Made by a program: the position numbers and the translations under genes. Under the pieces are notes generated by a model. The model ran no database searches. It saw only the letters and a list, made by a program, of their open reading frames with translations, and was not told where the DNA came from. Below are positions 27,847 through 37,374 of a stretch of DNA of 64,000 nucleotides, piece by piece. The first letter of the stretch is position 1. Each line of letters starts with the position of its first letter. Source of the stretch: an uncultured Gammaproteobacteria bacterium (GTDB lineage: Bacteria; Patescibacteriota; Patescibacteriia; UBA1558; GWA2-36-10); NCBI GenBank assembly GCA_964515785.1, contig CAZEWH010000002.1, positions 30,182 through 94,181 on the forward strand, given 5' to 3'.

Positions 27847-28461
27847 ATGGGTAGAAATTTAAAACCAAGACATAAAGCAAGTCGTAGATTCGGTGAAAAT
27901 ATTGCTGATACTATCAAATCTCCAGTAGATAAAAAAGCTTATCCATCTGGTGCTCATGGCCAAAAAAAGACTTTTGCTAAAGTTTCTGAATATGGTCGTC
28001 AGCTCAAAGAAAAGCAAAAAGCTAAAGCTATCTATGGTTTGCTAGAAAAACAGTTTAAATTGACTTTTGAAAAAGCTAGCAAATTACCAGGTGACTTAGG
28101 TCAAAATCTTTTGATTTTGTTGGAAAGTCGTTTGGACAATGTAGTTTATCGAGCAGGTATGGCTCAGACTAGACGTTTAGCTAGACAATTGGTCAATCAT
28201 GGTCATTTTTTAGTAGACGATACCAAGACCAATATTCCTTCTTATAAGATCAAACCTGGTCAAGTTATCAAAGTAAAGGAAAATAAAGTATCTAAAGGCT
28301 ATTGGAAAGAAATGAGTGAAAAGTTAGCTAAAGCTAATCCAGCTGGCTGGTTGTCATTAGATGCCAAAAATTTTACTGTAACAGTCAATGGTCTACCAAA
28401 TAAAGACGAGTTACCACAAAATATAGAAACTCATTTGATCGTTGAATTTTATTCACGATAA
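27847..28461 (+). CDS. rpsD: 30S ribosomal protein S4
   Basis: N-terminal K/R-rich rRNA-binding region; S4 domain (RLDNVVYRAGMAQTRRLARQLVNHGHFLV). Confidence 0.95.
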   Translation: MGRNLKPRHKASRRFGENIADTIKSPVDKKAYPSGAHGQKKTFAKVSEYGRQLKEKQKAKAIYGLLEKQFKLTFEKASKLPGDLGQNLLILLESRLDNVVYRAGMAQTRRLARQLVNHGHFLVDDTKTNIPSYKIKPGQVIKVKENKVSKGYWKEMSEKLAKANPAGWLSLDAKNFTVTVNGLPNKDELPQNIETHLIVEFYSR

Positions 28462-28487
28462 TTAAAATAAAAAATAATCGCAAATTT

Positions 28488-29261
28488 ATGACAAAAATTA
28501 CATTACCAGACAAAATATCTGTCAAAGATCTCAAAGACAACAAGTATCAAGTGGTCATCGAACCGCTTTATCCTGGTTTTGGGGTCAATTTAGGTAATAC
28601 ATTACGTCGCGTATTATTGTCTTCATTACCTGGTGCGGCCGTGACTTCATTTAAAATTGAAGGAGCACAACACGAATTTGATTCTGTTACTCATGTCAAA
28701 GAAGATTTGGTTGAAATCATGTTAAACCTCAAGCAACTAAGACTCAAAGTTTTTTCTGAAGAACCAGTTAAACTTACTTTAGATACCAAAGGTGAAAAAG
28801 TTGTTACTGCGAAAGATATTGCTAAAAATGCTGATGTAGAGGTAATTAATACAGATTTAGTAATTGCTAATCTTACCGACAAATCTGCCAAATTTAATAT
28901 GGAATTAATGGTAGCTCAAGGTTTGGGTTATGTAACTGTTGAACAACAAGATAATCAAGAAAAATTAGAAATTGGTAATATTGCCATTGATGCCAATTAT
29001 TCTCCTATTTTAAATGTTGGTTATAAAGTGACCAATGTTCGTGTTGGTAAAATGACCAATTATGAAAAATTGACTATGGAAATTTTGACTGACGGCACTA
29101 CAGACGCTGGCAGTGCTATAAGTCAAGCTGCTACTATTTTGCGTGATCATTTTGCTTTATTGATAAATGAAGAAGCTATTGTAGAAGAAAAACCAGCTAA
29201 AAAAGCCGTTAAAAAAACTACCAAAAAAACTAAGAAAGAAGATAAAAAAGAAGAAGAATAA
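28488..29261 (+). CDS. rpoA: DNA-directed RNA polymerase alpha subunit, N-terminal domain only; the alphaCTD is replaced by a Lys/Glu-rich tail
   Basis: LYPGFGVNLGNTLRRVLLSSLPGAAV alphaNTD signature. 257 aa versus about 330 typical. Ends ...PAKKAVKKTTKKTKKEDKKEEE. Confidence 0.9.
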   Translation: MTKITLPDKISVKDLKDNKYQVVIEPLYPGFGVNLGNTLRRVLLSSLPGAAVTSFKIEGAQHEFDSVTHVKEDLVEIMLNLKQLRLKVFSEEPVKLTLDTKGEKVVTAKDIAKNADVEVINTDLVIANLTDKSAKFNMELMVAQGLGYVTVEQQDNQEKLEIGNIAIDANYSPILNVGYKVTNVRVGKMTNYEKLTMEILTDGTTDAGSAISQAATILRDHFALLINEEAIVEEKPAKKAVKKTTKKTKKEDKKEEE

Positions 29262-29273
29262 ATAATAATAATC

Positions 29274-29627
29274 ATGAGACACCGAAAATCCCACAAAATA
29301 TTGGATCGTGCTAAAGCGCCACGAGAAGCTATGCTAAATAATTTAGCTACTTCTTTGATTTTGTATGAAAAGGTTGTAACGACAGAAGCAAAAGCCAAAG
29401 CAGTCCGTCCAGTTGTTGAAAAGTTGATTAGTAAAGGACGAATAAAATCAGTCCACACTAAACAACAGTTAAATAGATTTCTTCAAGATAAAAAAGCTGT
29501 TCAGAAAACATTGGACGTCTTGGGTCCAAAATACAAAGATAGAAAAGGTGGTTATACTCGGATTATCAAGATTGGTGGTCAAAGAGTTGGTGATGGTGCT
29601 AAAATGGCTCAGATTGAATTAGTATAA
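29274..29627 (+). CDS. rplQ: 50S ribosomal protein L17
   Basis: MRHRKSHKILDRAKAPREAMLNNLATSLILYEKVVTT. Confidence 0.95.
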   Translation: MRHRKSHKILDRAKAPREAMLNNLATSLILYEKVVTTEAKAKAVRPVVEKLISKGRIKSVHTKQQLNRFLQDKKAVQKTLDVLGPKYKDRKGGYTRIIKIGGQRVGDGAKMAQIELV

Positions 29628-29631
29628 AATT

Positions 29632-29979
29632 ATGAAAAGAGAAACACATAAAATTGATGCAGTAGATAAAATTGGTGGTCGTTTGGCCTCTGAGATTGCT
29701 GTATTGCTACAAGGTAAACACAAAGTTTCTTATCAATCTCATATTGATGGTGGTGATTTTGTTGAAGTAACAAATGTCAAAGACATGAAATTTTCTGGTA
29801 AAAAATTGGACCAAAAACTTTATCATCGCAATACTGGATATCCAAGTGGTATTCGTACAAAACAGCTCAAAGATATGATGATCAATGATCCGTCTGAAGT
29901 TTTACATAAGATGGTTTATAATATGCTTCCAAAAAATAGACTGAGAGCTAATATGATTAAACGTTTAATTATCAAATAA
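29632..29979 (+). CDS. rplM: 50S ribosomal protein L13 (short form, 115 aa)
   Basis: [24 protein letters not shown]...NMLPKNRL L13 motifs. Confidence 0.9.
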   Translation: MKRETHKIDAVDKIGGRLASEIAVLLQGKHKVSYQSHIDGGDFVEVTNVKDMKFSGKKLDQKLYHRNTGYPSGIRTKQLKDMMINDPSEVLHKMVYNMLPKNRLRANMIKRLIIK

Positions 29980-29981
29980 AT

Positions 29982-30395
29982 ATGGCACAAAAGAAAACCA
30001 ATAAAGATTATATTCCAGCTGTTGGCAAACGCAAGACTTCTATTGCTCGTGTTCGTCTTTTGCATGACAAAGTCAATAGCATTAAGATAGTTATTAATAA
30101 TAAAGATTATACAGAGTATTTACCATACTTTGAATTACAAAATATTGTCTTAGAGCCTTTGAAAAAAGTAGGTCAAGACAAAGTATCTATTTCTGTCAAA
30201 GTACATGGTGGTGGTCCAAAAGGCCAAGCTGAAGCTATCCGACATGGTATTTCTCGTGCTTTACTCAAACTAGACGAAGAATTACGTCCAACTTTGAAAA
30301 AAGAAGGATTCTTAACTCGCGATGCTCGTCGTAAAGAACGTAAGAAACCAGGTTTGAAAAAAGCCCGCAAAGCCCCACAGTGGAGCAAACGTTAA
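29982..30395 (+). CDS. rpsI: 30S ribosomal protein S9
   Basis: [19 protein letters not shown]...[11 protein letters not shown]-terminus. Confidence 0.95.
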   Translation: MAQKKTNKDYIPAVGKRKTSIARVRLLHDKVNSIKIVINNKDYTEYLPYFELQNIVLEPLKKVGQDKVSISVKVHGGGPKGQAEAIRHGISRALLKLDEELRPTLKKEGFLTRDARRKERKKPGLKKARKAPQWSKR

Positions 30396-30410
30396 ATTTT
30401 TATATAATCA

Positions 30411-30436
30411 AAACCCCAGAGATGGGGTTTTTTGTT
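30411..30436 (+). terminator. Intrinsic terminator of the rplM-rpsI unit (aacccca-gaga-tggggtt + TTTTTT)
   Basis: 7-bp GC stem with a GAGA loop, followed by a T-run. Confidence 0.6.
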
Positions 30437-30439
30437 TTA

Positions 30440-30497
30440 TACCCCCACTGTCCTTCGGACATCTCCCCCTAGATTAGGGGGAGACAGAGAGGGGGTA
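30440..30497. other. GC-rich multi-hairpin element (~58 nt): outer stem taccccc/gggggta enclosing a UUCG-tetraloop hairpin gtccttcggac and a hairpin ctcccccta-gat-tagggggag. Possible small RNA or attachment-site structure.
   Basis: All three stems verified by reverse complement. GC-rich in an AT-rich spacer. Immediately abuts the 22-bp direct repeat. Confidence 0.3.
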
Positions 30498-30513
30498 TTA
30501 TTTTAATAAAAAA
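30492..30513. repeat. Direct repeat copy 1 (ggggtattattttaataaaaaa, 22 nt)
   Basis: Exact 22-mer also present at 30998-31019; overlaps the 3' end of the structured element. Confidence 0.7.
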
Positions 30514-30540
30514 ATCCCTCACACAATTGTGTGAGGGAAA
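30508..30540 (-). terminator. Intrinsic terminator for the minus-strand 107-aa gene (gggttttccctcacacaattgtgtgagggattttttt on minus)
   Basis: Perfect 8-bp stem ccctcaca/tgtgaggg followed by a T-run on the minus strand, directly after the stop at 30545. Confidence 0.6.
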
Positions 30541-30544
30541 ACCC

Positions 30545-30868
30545 TTAGGTTGTTGTAGGGAAGGCGAAGACGCCGATTGTTTGGAAGAGCGCTTCGATGA
30601 TTTCAAAGGGAACTGGTTTCTTTTGACCACTTTCCCAGTCGGGGGTGTACAGCTCTTTGACCTCCAGGGTCACCTCATATGTCGGTAAGGCCGTTTCCTT
30701 GCCGTGGGGTTGCTTATTGGGGTTGCTTTTTGAACTGACGATCTTGATGATATAGCGTTGATGATTTTTTTCAGCAGACTCTGGTTCATGGTATAGATTC
30801 CAATTGCCTTGCAAAAAAACATGAAGATCGTTGAGTTGTGCGACCGAAAGACTGGTTTTTAGCAACAT
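30545..30868 (-). CDS. Hypothetical protein (107 aa from the ATG at 30868; the ORF track extends to a TTG at 30919), cargo of a direct-repeat-flanked mini-island
   Basis: Perfect AGGAGG SD 6 nt upstream of the ATG (MLLKTSLSVAQL...). About 45% GC. Own terminator. No recognisable family. Confidence 0.5.
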   Translation of the reverse strand: MLLKTSLSVAQLNDLHVFLQGNWNLYHEPESAEKNHQRYIIKIVSSKSNPNKQPHGKETALPTYEVTLEVKELYTPDWESGQKKPVPFEIIEALFQTIGVFAFPTTT

Positions 30869-30928
30869 GATTTTCCTCCTGATTACAGGCACCGCCTGCG
30901 GTTGTCTTGGCACCGCCAAGATCAGGTT

Positions 30929-30953
30929 ATGAAGCCTTAAAAAGGCTTCATAG
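30929..30953. other. Perfect hairpin tatgaagcc-ttaaaaa-ggcttcata upstream of the 107-aa gene, next to a ggcaccgcc x2 direct repeat
   Basis: 9-bp perfect inverted repeat. ggcaccgcctgcggttgtcttggcaccgcc sits immediately 5' (plus coordinates 30888-30917). Confidence 0.3.
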
Positions 30954-30997
30954 TATTATATGATACATCTTTTATTATGTCAATTTTGCTAACAGTA

Positions 30998-31019
30998 GGG
31001 GTATTATTTTAATAAAAAA
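30998..31019. repeat. Direct repeat copy 2 (ggggtattattttaataaaaaa, 22 nt)
   Basis: Exact match to 30492-30513. The two copies bracket about 485 bp containing the 107-aa gene. Confidence 0.7.
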
Positions 31020-31066
31020 GAGACCCGTTGATTCGGATCTCAGTTAGGACGGCAGACATGCCAGAC

Positions 31067-31282
31067 CTAAGATTTGAGGAGCTTGAGGAGCTGCTCGCGT
31101 TGGAGATGCGTATTCAGCATGGCAGTGAATGTGGCTAGGAAAATCAGGGCAATTGCCATGAAGGCGATAGTCAGCCAGAGATTGACGTCATTTTGCATAT
31201 CCATCCAGACGTCCAGTTGTATGATCGCCATGAAGACGAAAAATAGAAAAGCGAATATCACGATGGTCATGTTGGCTTTCAT
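31067..31282 (-). CDS. Small 2-TM membrane protein (71 aa from the SD-preceded ATG; the track starts at 31303)
   Basis: GGGAGGG SD 5 nt upstream of the ATG (MKANMTIVIFAFLFF...). Two hydrophobic helices. Higher GC. Confidence 0.45.
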   Translation of the reverse strand: MKANMTIVIFAFLFFVFMAIIQLDVWMDMQNDVNLWLTIAFMAIALIFLATFTAMLNTHLQREQLLKLLKS

Positions 31283-31406
31283 TTTTGCCCTCCCACGGGC
31301 CATTAGAATTGAAGAACGGATGAATTATTCTATAATAGCACATATTTAGTGTTTTGTCAATAGTAGTAAACTATTATTTTATAGGCTATTTTGCTATAAT
31401 TAGAGC

Positions 31407-32846
31407 ATGGTTACAGCTCGTAGGATCACTGCAAATACCTCATTTTTTATGGTAGCTTTGATATTTCAAAAGCTGCTATCTTTTGTTTATTTCACTATTT
31501 TGGCAAGATCTTTAGGAGCAGAAGGGATTGGTCAATACTTTTTTGCTATTTCGTTTGCTACTATGTTTTCAGTATTGATAGATCTAGGATTGTCGCCAGT
31601 TTTGATCAGAGAAGTATCTAAAGATGAAGGAAACGGCCAGCGTTGGTTTTCTCAAGTATTTACTCTAAAAATATGGCTAGCTTTAGGTACTGCTTTGCTG
31701 ATGATAATTTTAAACTCCTGGCTTTTTTATAGTGATGCAGTTAGAAATTTAATATATCTTACTACTTTAATAATTATAATAGACAGTTTTACTTTATTAT
31801 TTTATGCTTATATTCGAGGACGACAAAGCCTCAAATTTGAATCATGGGGTGTAATAATTTTTCAAATCATTGTCTTAGCAATGGGTCTAGGCCTGTTGCA
31901 GGTTACTAAAAATATTTTTGTTTTATTAACTGTCTTATTAGTAGCCAGTGCTTTCAACATGTTTTTTTCTGGCTTTATTTTAAGACTCAAATACAAAGTT
32001 AAGTTCAAATTATTTTATTCCAAAGAGTTTGTCAAAAAAATATTTATTATTACCTTACCCTTTGCTTTATCAGCTATCTTTGCTAGAGTCTATGGCTATA
32101 TAGATACTTTTATGCTCAAAATGTTTTTAGGTGATGCTCAGGTAGGATTTTATGGAGTAGCTTATAAGGTGACTTTTGCTTTACAGTTTATACCATTGGC
32201 TTTTGTAGCAGCTCTGTATCCAGCTTTTTCCAACTTTTTCAAAGAAAAAAGTGCAAAACTTGAAAGTACTTTTGTAAAATCATTTAATTATTTGTCTTTT
32301 ATTGCTATACCAGTCACCTTTGGTGTGATTGCTCTAGCCAATGAAGTGGTTTCCAAGCTTTATACTTCTGAATTTAGTATGTCTATTTTCCCATTACAAG
32401 TTTTGATTGCTAGTATTCCGTTTTTGTTTGTAAATTTTTCTTTATCTAGTTTTTTGAATGCCACTAATAGACAAAAAATAAATACTCGCAATCTTGGTAT
32501 TATTATGGTCTTTAATATTATTTTAAATTTAATATTAATTCCAAAATTAGGCGTTTGGGGGGCTAGTTTATCTTCTACTATTAGTACTGTATTGTTATTT
32601 ACTATGAACTTAAAAGCTGTCTTAAATATAGTAAAACTCAAATCTAGAATGTTTAAGCCACTGATAGGCACTATTTTGTCTAGTATTATTATGTTTTTGC
32701 TAGTATTTTGGGTCAAAGATTATATTCATTGGACATTAGCTATGTTAGTTGGTATTGTAATTTATTTTGTATTAATGCTGATTACTAAGACACTCAAAAA
32801 AGAAGATATATTATTTGTAAAAAATTCTGTATTTAAAGCCCAATAA
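31407..32846 (+). CDS. Polysaccharide biosynthesis protein / oligosaccharide flippase (Wzx-like, MOP superfamily)
   Basis: 479 aa, about 12-14 TM helices, Wzx-type layout. First gene of a GT-rich operon. Confidence 0.7.
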   Translation: MVTARRITANTSFFMVALIFQKLLSFVYFTILARSLGAEGIGQYFFAISFATMFSVLIDLGLSPVLIREVSKDEGNGQRWFSQVFTLKIWLALGTALLMIILNSWLFYSDAVRNLIYLTTLIIIIDSFTLLFYAYIRGRQSLKFESWGVIIFQIIVLAMGLGLLQVTKNIFVLLTVLLVASAFNMFFSGFILRLKYKVKFKLFYSKEFVKKIFIITLPFALSAIFARVYGYIDTFMLKMFLGDAQVGFYGVAYKVTFALQFIPLAFVAALYPAFSNFFKEKSAKLESTFVKSFNYLSFIAIPVTFGVIALANEVVSKLYTSEFSMSIFPLQVLIASIPFLFVNFSLSSFLNATNRQKINTRNLGIIMVFNIILNLILIPKLGVWGASLSSTISTVLLFTMNLKAVLNIVKLKSRMFKPLIGTILSSIIMFLLVFWVKDYIHWTLAMLVGIVIYFVLMLITKTLKKEDILFVKNSVFKAQ

Positions 32847-32847
32847 T

Positions 32848-33933
32848 ATGAGAAAAACTTTATTACTTACTCACGAATATTATCCTTTCAAAGGTGGTGT
32901 AGCAAATTATTGTTATAATTTGTTTAAACATCTTCATAAAAAAGATTATTTAGTCATTAGTGATAATGAACAGGTCAAAACTCAAGAAAATATTTACAAT
33001 ATAAAATTAACAAATCATTTAATCAGGCCTAGTTGGATAAGTGGGTATTTTAAAATTAAAAAAATAATCAAGCTGCAAAATATTAAAGTTATTTTTACAC
33101 CAAATATTTTGCCTTTAGGTACTATGGCTTATTTTCTTAAAATCCCATATGTTATTTCTCTACATGGTCTGGATATAAATCTAGCTTTGAAAAATAGACC
33201 AAGATTGACTCGTAAGATTCTCAATAAAGCTGAGCGAGTAATAGTCAATAGCCGTTATACTTATGAGATTGTTAAAAAATTAAAAATAGATTCCAAAAAA
33301 ATTCATTTACTTTATCCTACTACACAGATAGATACTTATATTATTCCAGAAAAAACCCAGCAACTCAAAAGAGACTTATCATTGGGATCTGAAGATAAGA
33401 TTTTATTGACTGTTGGTCGTTTGAGTAGGCGCAAAGCTCAGGATTTAGTTATCCAAGCTGTAGCCAAACTAAACAATCCTCATCTTAAATATTTTATTGT
33501 AGGTAGTGGTCCTATGGAAAAAAATTTACGCAAGATGATAAAGGATTATAATTTGGAAAAACAAGTTTTTGTTTTGACTGATGTTGCTGACAATAATTTG
33601 CCATATTATTATAATTTGGCTGATATTTTTGTTTTACCACATCGTCATGAAAAAGAAGATATAGAGGGTTTTGGAATTGTTTTTTTGGAAGCAGCTATGT
33701 TTGGTTTACCAATTATTGCAGGATCCAGTGGAGGAGTGACTGATATTTTGACTGATCAAAAAAATGCTTTGTTAGTAAAAAATGATGATTTAGACGGCTT
33801 GACAAGGCAAGTAGATTCTTTGTTGAATAATACTGAACTTTCTGCTAAACTGGGCTCACAAGCCAAAGCTAGGACAAGTGATTTTCCTACTGCTAAAGAA
33901 CAGAGCTTAATGTTAAAAGAAATATTATCATGA
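32848..33933 (+). CDS. GT4 family glycosyltransferase
   Basis: EGFGIVFLEAAMFGLPIIAGSSGGVTDIL E-x7-E region. Confidence 0.8.
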   Translation: MRKTLLLTHEYYPFKGGVANYCYNLFKHLHKKDYLVISDNEQVKTQENIYNIKLTNHLIRPSWISGYFKIKKIIKLQNIKVIFTPNILPLGTMAYFLKIPYVISLHGLDINLALKNRPRLTRKILNKAERVIVNSRYTYEIVKKLKIDSKKIHLLYPTTQIDTYIIPEKTQQLKRDLSLGSEDKILLTVGRLSRRKAQDLVIQAVAKLNNPHLKYFIVGSGPMEKNLRKMIKDYNLEKQVFVLTDVADNNLPYYYNLADIFVLPHRHEKEDIEGFGIVFLEAAMFGLPIIAGSSGGVTDILTDQKNALLVKNDDLDGLTRQVDSLLNNTELSAKLGSQAKARTSDFPTAKEQSLMLKEILS

Positions 33934-35099
33934 AAAAATTTGATCTTATATTGTTTAATATGTCCAATTATTCTGAATGGGATGAAGGTGTTTCCAATCG
34001 GAATTATCATGTTTTAAAGCAATTATTACAACGTGAAGAAATTGGCAAAATTTTGGCGATTGATTATTTGCCATTGACTTTTAAAAGAGCTGTTCGTAAC
34101 TATAAAGAAGATTTAGTTCTTAATGTAGAAGATAGTAAAATAATCAAACGTAGTTTGACTCATAAGGTTAGTCAGGTTTCTGACAAGCTTTATGTTTATT
34201 CTGATGTCAATTTTTTCTTGCGTCCCAAACAAGCACTTAAAAATATAAAAAAAACAGCTCTTGATCTCAATTTTGGTGATTTTGTTGTCTGGTCTTTTTA
34301 TCCTTTTGTAGCTCCATATTGGCAAAGCTTGGGACAAAAATTAACTGTTTTTGATGCTGTTGATAATTGGCTTTTACATTCTTCTTATGACAAGTACAAA
34401 GCCAAACTGCAAGAAGCTTATGATGTTATAAAAAATGATACTGATTTGATTTTTACTGTTTCCAATAATTTATTAACTTTTTTTGATAATCAACCAAATG
34501 TATATTGGATACCCAACGGTGTTGATGTCAAACATTATAATCAAAAATTTTCTTTAGTAAATCGTGATATTGCAGATATTCCCAAGCCAATTATTGGTTA
34601 TATTGGAGTAATTCAGGAAAAAGTAGATATTGATTTGGTAAAATATTTGGCTCGCCAAAATCCTAAAAAATCTTTTGTTCTGGTAGGACCTGTTTGGAAT
34701 GAACAAGACAGAGCTAAAACTGAATTAGACAAAGAAGATAATGTTTATTTTCTTGGTTACAAAAAATATAGTGAAGCTCCTATGTACATACAGCAATTTG
34801 ATGTTGGTATTATTCCTCACAAACAAGAAGCATTTGCAGCTTCTACCAATCCTATGAAAATGTACGAATATTTAGCTTGTGGTAAACCGGTTGTAACAAG
34901 TCAAGGGGCTGGTACTGAAAATATTTCTGACATGCTAGCTGTTGCTGAGAGTCATGAAGATTGGCATGATAAAATAAACGAAGCTTTAAAAAATAATAGT
35001 CAAGAAGTGAAAGTATCTAGACAAGAGTTTGTAAAACAATATTCTTGGCTCAACACTGTCAATAAAATGATGGATTTGATAAATAATAAATTATCTTAA
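33930..35099 (+). CDS. GT-B fold glycosyltransferase (GT4-like)
   Basis: C-terminal PMKMYEYLACGKPVVTS motif typical of the group 1 GT C-domain. Confidence 0.65.
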   Translation: MKKFDLILFNMSNYSEWDEGVSNRNYHVLKQLLQREEIGKILAIDYLPLTFKRAVRNYKEDLVLNVEDSKIIKRSLTHKVSQVSDKLYVYSDVNFFLRPKQALKNIKKTALDLNFGDFVVWSFYPFVAPYWQSLGQKLTVFDAVDNWLLHSSYDKYKAKLQEAYDVIKNDTDLIFTVSNNLLTFFDNQPNVYWIPNGVDVKHYNQKFSLVNRDIADIPKPIIGYIGVIQEKVDIDLVKYLARQNPKKSFVLVGPVWNEQDRAKTELDKEDNVYFLGYKKYSEAPMYIQQFDVGIIPHKQEAFAASTNPMKMYEYLACGKPVVTSQGAGTENISDMLAVAESHEDWHDKINEALKNNSQEVKVSRQEFVKQYSWLNTVNKMMDLINNKLS

Positions 35100-35102
35100 G
35101 AT

Positions 35103-35969
35103 ATGTCTAGACCAGATTTTTCTATTATTATTGTTAATTGGAAAGTTAGAGCATTATTAGAAAAATGCTTAGATTCTATATATAAAAATAGTCAGGATAT
35201 CAATCTAGAAATAATTGTAGTAGACAATGATTCTCGTGATGGCACTTCAGAAATGATGATGATGCAATATCCTGATGCTAAAATGATTGCTTTGGCACAC
35301 AACTCTGGTTTTGCCAAGGCCAATAATTTGGCTATTAATCAAGCTAAAGGAAAATATTTATTTATATTAAATCCTGATACTGAAGTTTTACCAGATTTTT
35401 TTAGTATTACTAAACAATATCTGGATAATCATCCAGATGTATCTATAATGGGTCCGAAGATATTGAACCCTGACAAGACTTTGCAATTGTCTATTCGTAA
35501 ATTTCCAAATCTATTGTCACAGGTTTTTATTATGTTGAAATTACGTAATATTTTGGTAGATAGCAAGTTGTTGGCCAATTATTTATTGTTTGATTTTGAT
35601 TATGACAAAGAACAAGATGTAGAGCAGATTATGGGGGCAGCTATGGTAATCCGTCGTGAAACTTTTGATAAGATCGGTTTGTTTGATGAAAGGTTTTTCG
35701 TATGGTTTGAAGAAATTGATTTATGTAAACGAACTCATCAAGCTGGATTTAGGATTAGATATTTTCCTGGAGCACAGATTATTCATCATGGTGGCTCTAG
35801 TTTTAATAAATCAAAAGTATTTTATAAGCAGTTGATTTTTGATAGTAGTTTGATTAAATATTTTTTCAAGCACAAGCCAATTTGGCAATTGTTAGTAATT
35901 TTATTAATAGTGCCTATTAATTTATTTTTGACTTTATTGTATGTTATTTTTCTCTACAACAAAGAATAA
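35103..35969 (+). CDS. GT2 family glycosyltransferase
   Basis: FSIIIVNW ... VVDNDSRDGT ... ILNPDT GT2 motifs. Confidence 0.8.
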   Translation: MSRPDFSIIIVNWKVRALLEKCLDSIYKNSQDINLEIIVVDNDSRDGTSEMMMMQYPDAKMIALAHNSGFAKANNLAINQAKGKYLFILNPDTEVLPDFFSITKQYLDNHPDVSIMGPKILNPDKTLQLSIRKFPNLLSQVFIMLKLRNILVDSKLLANYLLFDFDYDKEQDVEQIMGAAMVIRRETFDKIGLFDERFFVWFEEIDLCKRTHQAGFRIRYFPGAQIIHHGGSSFNKSKVFYKQLIFDSSLIKYFFKHKPIWQLLVILLIVPINLFLTLLYVIFLYNKE

Positions 35970-37374
35970 ATTTTTATTTTGGACTAGTATATTTTTGTTA
36001 GCTGAAATTTTTTCTTGGCTAGCTTTTTATTTTAATTGGTTAAATTTATTTGTTTTATTAATTATAGCTTTTCTTACTATTATACTAATTTGGCGGAAAC
36101 CAATTTTTATGATTTATATTCCCTTGGCAGAAATTGTTTGGGGTTCACTAGGACATAGTTTTGATTATGGGTTTTTTAGTATTAGATTAGTTATTTTTTT
36201 AATAGTTGTTTTAATTTGGTTTGGTAGAAACATTTTTAAAATTAAAAAATGGCGAATTGTTAATGACACTAGATTGTGGCCAGTTTATTTATTAATTATT
36301 TTTTTGATTATATTAGGTATAGCGTCTGGATATTATAAAGGTTTTTCAAAGCTTGATATTTTCTTGGATGTTAATGCTTATTTTTATTTATTATATTTAC
36401 CAATTTGGCATCAAGTTTATGATAAAAAATATTTAAAAAATATTTTTATTATTATCAAAGCAGCTGTTTTAGTTATTACCCTCAAGACTTTAATAGTTTT
36501 CAATATTTTTAGTCAGTATTTGCATGGTATAGATAATGATTTTTATCGCTGGATTAGAGATACACGCACAGGAGAAATTACAGATATGGGTAATAATTTT
36601 TATAGAATATTTTTTCAATCACAATTTTATTTGTTGATAGCTTGGTTTTGGTTGTTTATAAAAAATTGGCAAAAATTTATTTGGCCAAGATTTATTTTCT
36701 TAAGTTTGATATCAGCCGCTTTATTAATAAGTCTATCGCGTAGTTTTTGGTTAGGTGGAGCAGTGGCTTTAGTGTTTTTATTTATTAATTTATTGATTTT
36801 AAATAAACAAAAATTTTGGCTGCATGTTTTGCGAGTATTAGCTATAGGCTGTAGTGCTTTTTTGCTAGTTCAGATTTTTTATAATGTTCCCCATATAAAT
36901 ACTATAAATGTTTTACAGCAACGCCCTACAAATATTGATGAACCAGCAGTCAATAGTCGTCTGCAATTATGGAATCCTATATTGCAGGGGATAAAGCAAT
37001 ATCCTGTTACTGGTCATGGTTTTGGTAAACAAATTACTTATTATTCTCAAGATCCTCGTATAAATGGCTCACATTCAGTCTATGCTTTTGAATGGGGTTG
37101 GTTGGATATGTGGCTCAAAGGTGGCTTTATTTTTGTCTTGTCTTTTCTTTATTGGTTGTATTTGCTTTATAAGCGATCCTATGGCATCATAAAGCATGAT
37201 ATTCAAACTAGTTTATTTGTATTATCTAGTATTACTAGTTTGATAGTTATTCATTTTTTTACACCATATCTCAATCATCCACTTGGATTTGCTTTATTAA
37301 TTTTAGTTACCATTTTACTTATCTATGAACAAACAACCGATCATCACTATAAGTCTTTTAACTTGGAACGGTGA
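35941..37374 (+). CDS. O-antigen ligase/polymerase-like polytopic membrane protein (Wzy/WaaL family)
   Basis: 477 aa, at least 10 TM helices, with a large loop containing R/H residues (SLSRSFWLGG...HGFG) as in the Wzy_C family. Family call is from topology and context. Confidence 0.5.
   Translation: MLFFSTTKNKFLFWTSIFLLAEIFSWLAFYFNWLNLFVLLIIAFLTIILIWRKPIFMIYIPLAEIVWGSLGHSFDYGFFSIRLVIFLIVVLIWFGRNIFKIKKWRIVNDTRLWPVYLLIIFLIILGIASGYYKGFSKLDIFLDVNAYFYLLYLPIWHQVYDKKYLKNIFIIIKAAVLVITLKTLIVFNIFSQYLHGIDNDFYRWIRDTRTGEITDMGNNFYRIFFQSQFYLLIAWFWLFIKNWQKFIWPRFIFLSLISAALLISLSRSFWLGGAVALVFLFINLLILNKQKFWLHVLRVLAIGCSAFLLVQIFYNVPHINTINVLQQRPTNIDEPAVNSRLQLWNPILQGIKQYPVTGHGFGKQITYYSQDPRINGSHSVYAFEWGWLDMWLKGGFIFVLSFLYWLYLLYKRSYGIIKHDIQTSLFVLSSITSLIVIHFFTPYLNHPLGFALLILVTILLIYEQTTDHHYKSFNLER

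Noticed and set aside
30492-31019. Treating the 22-bp direct repeat as chance recurrence of AT-rich promoter sequence
   Set aside because: Each copy includes a GGGG run in a ~30% GC genome and is an exact 22/22 match about 500 bp apart. The probability of this by chance is negligible, so it is kept as a finding.
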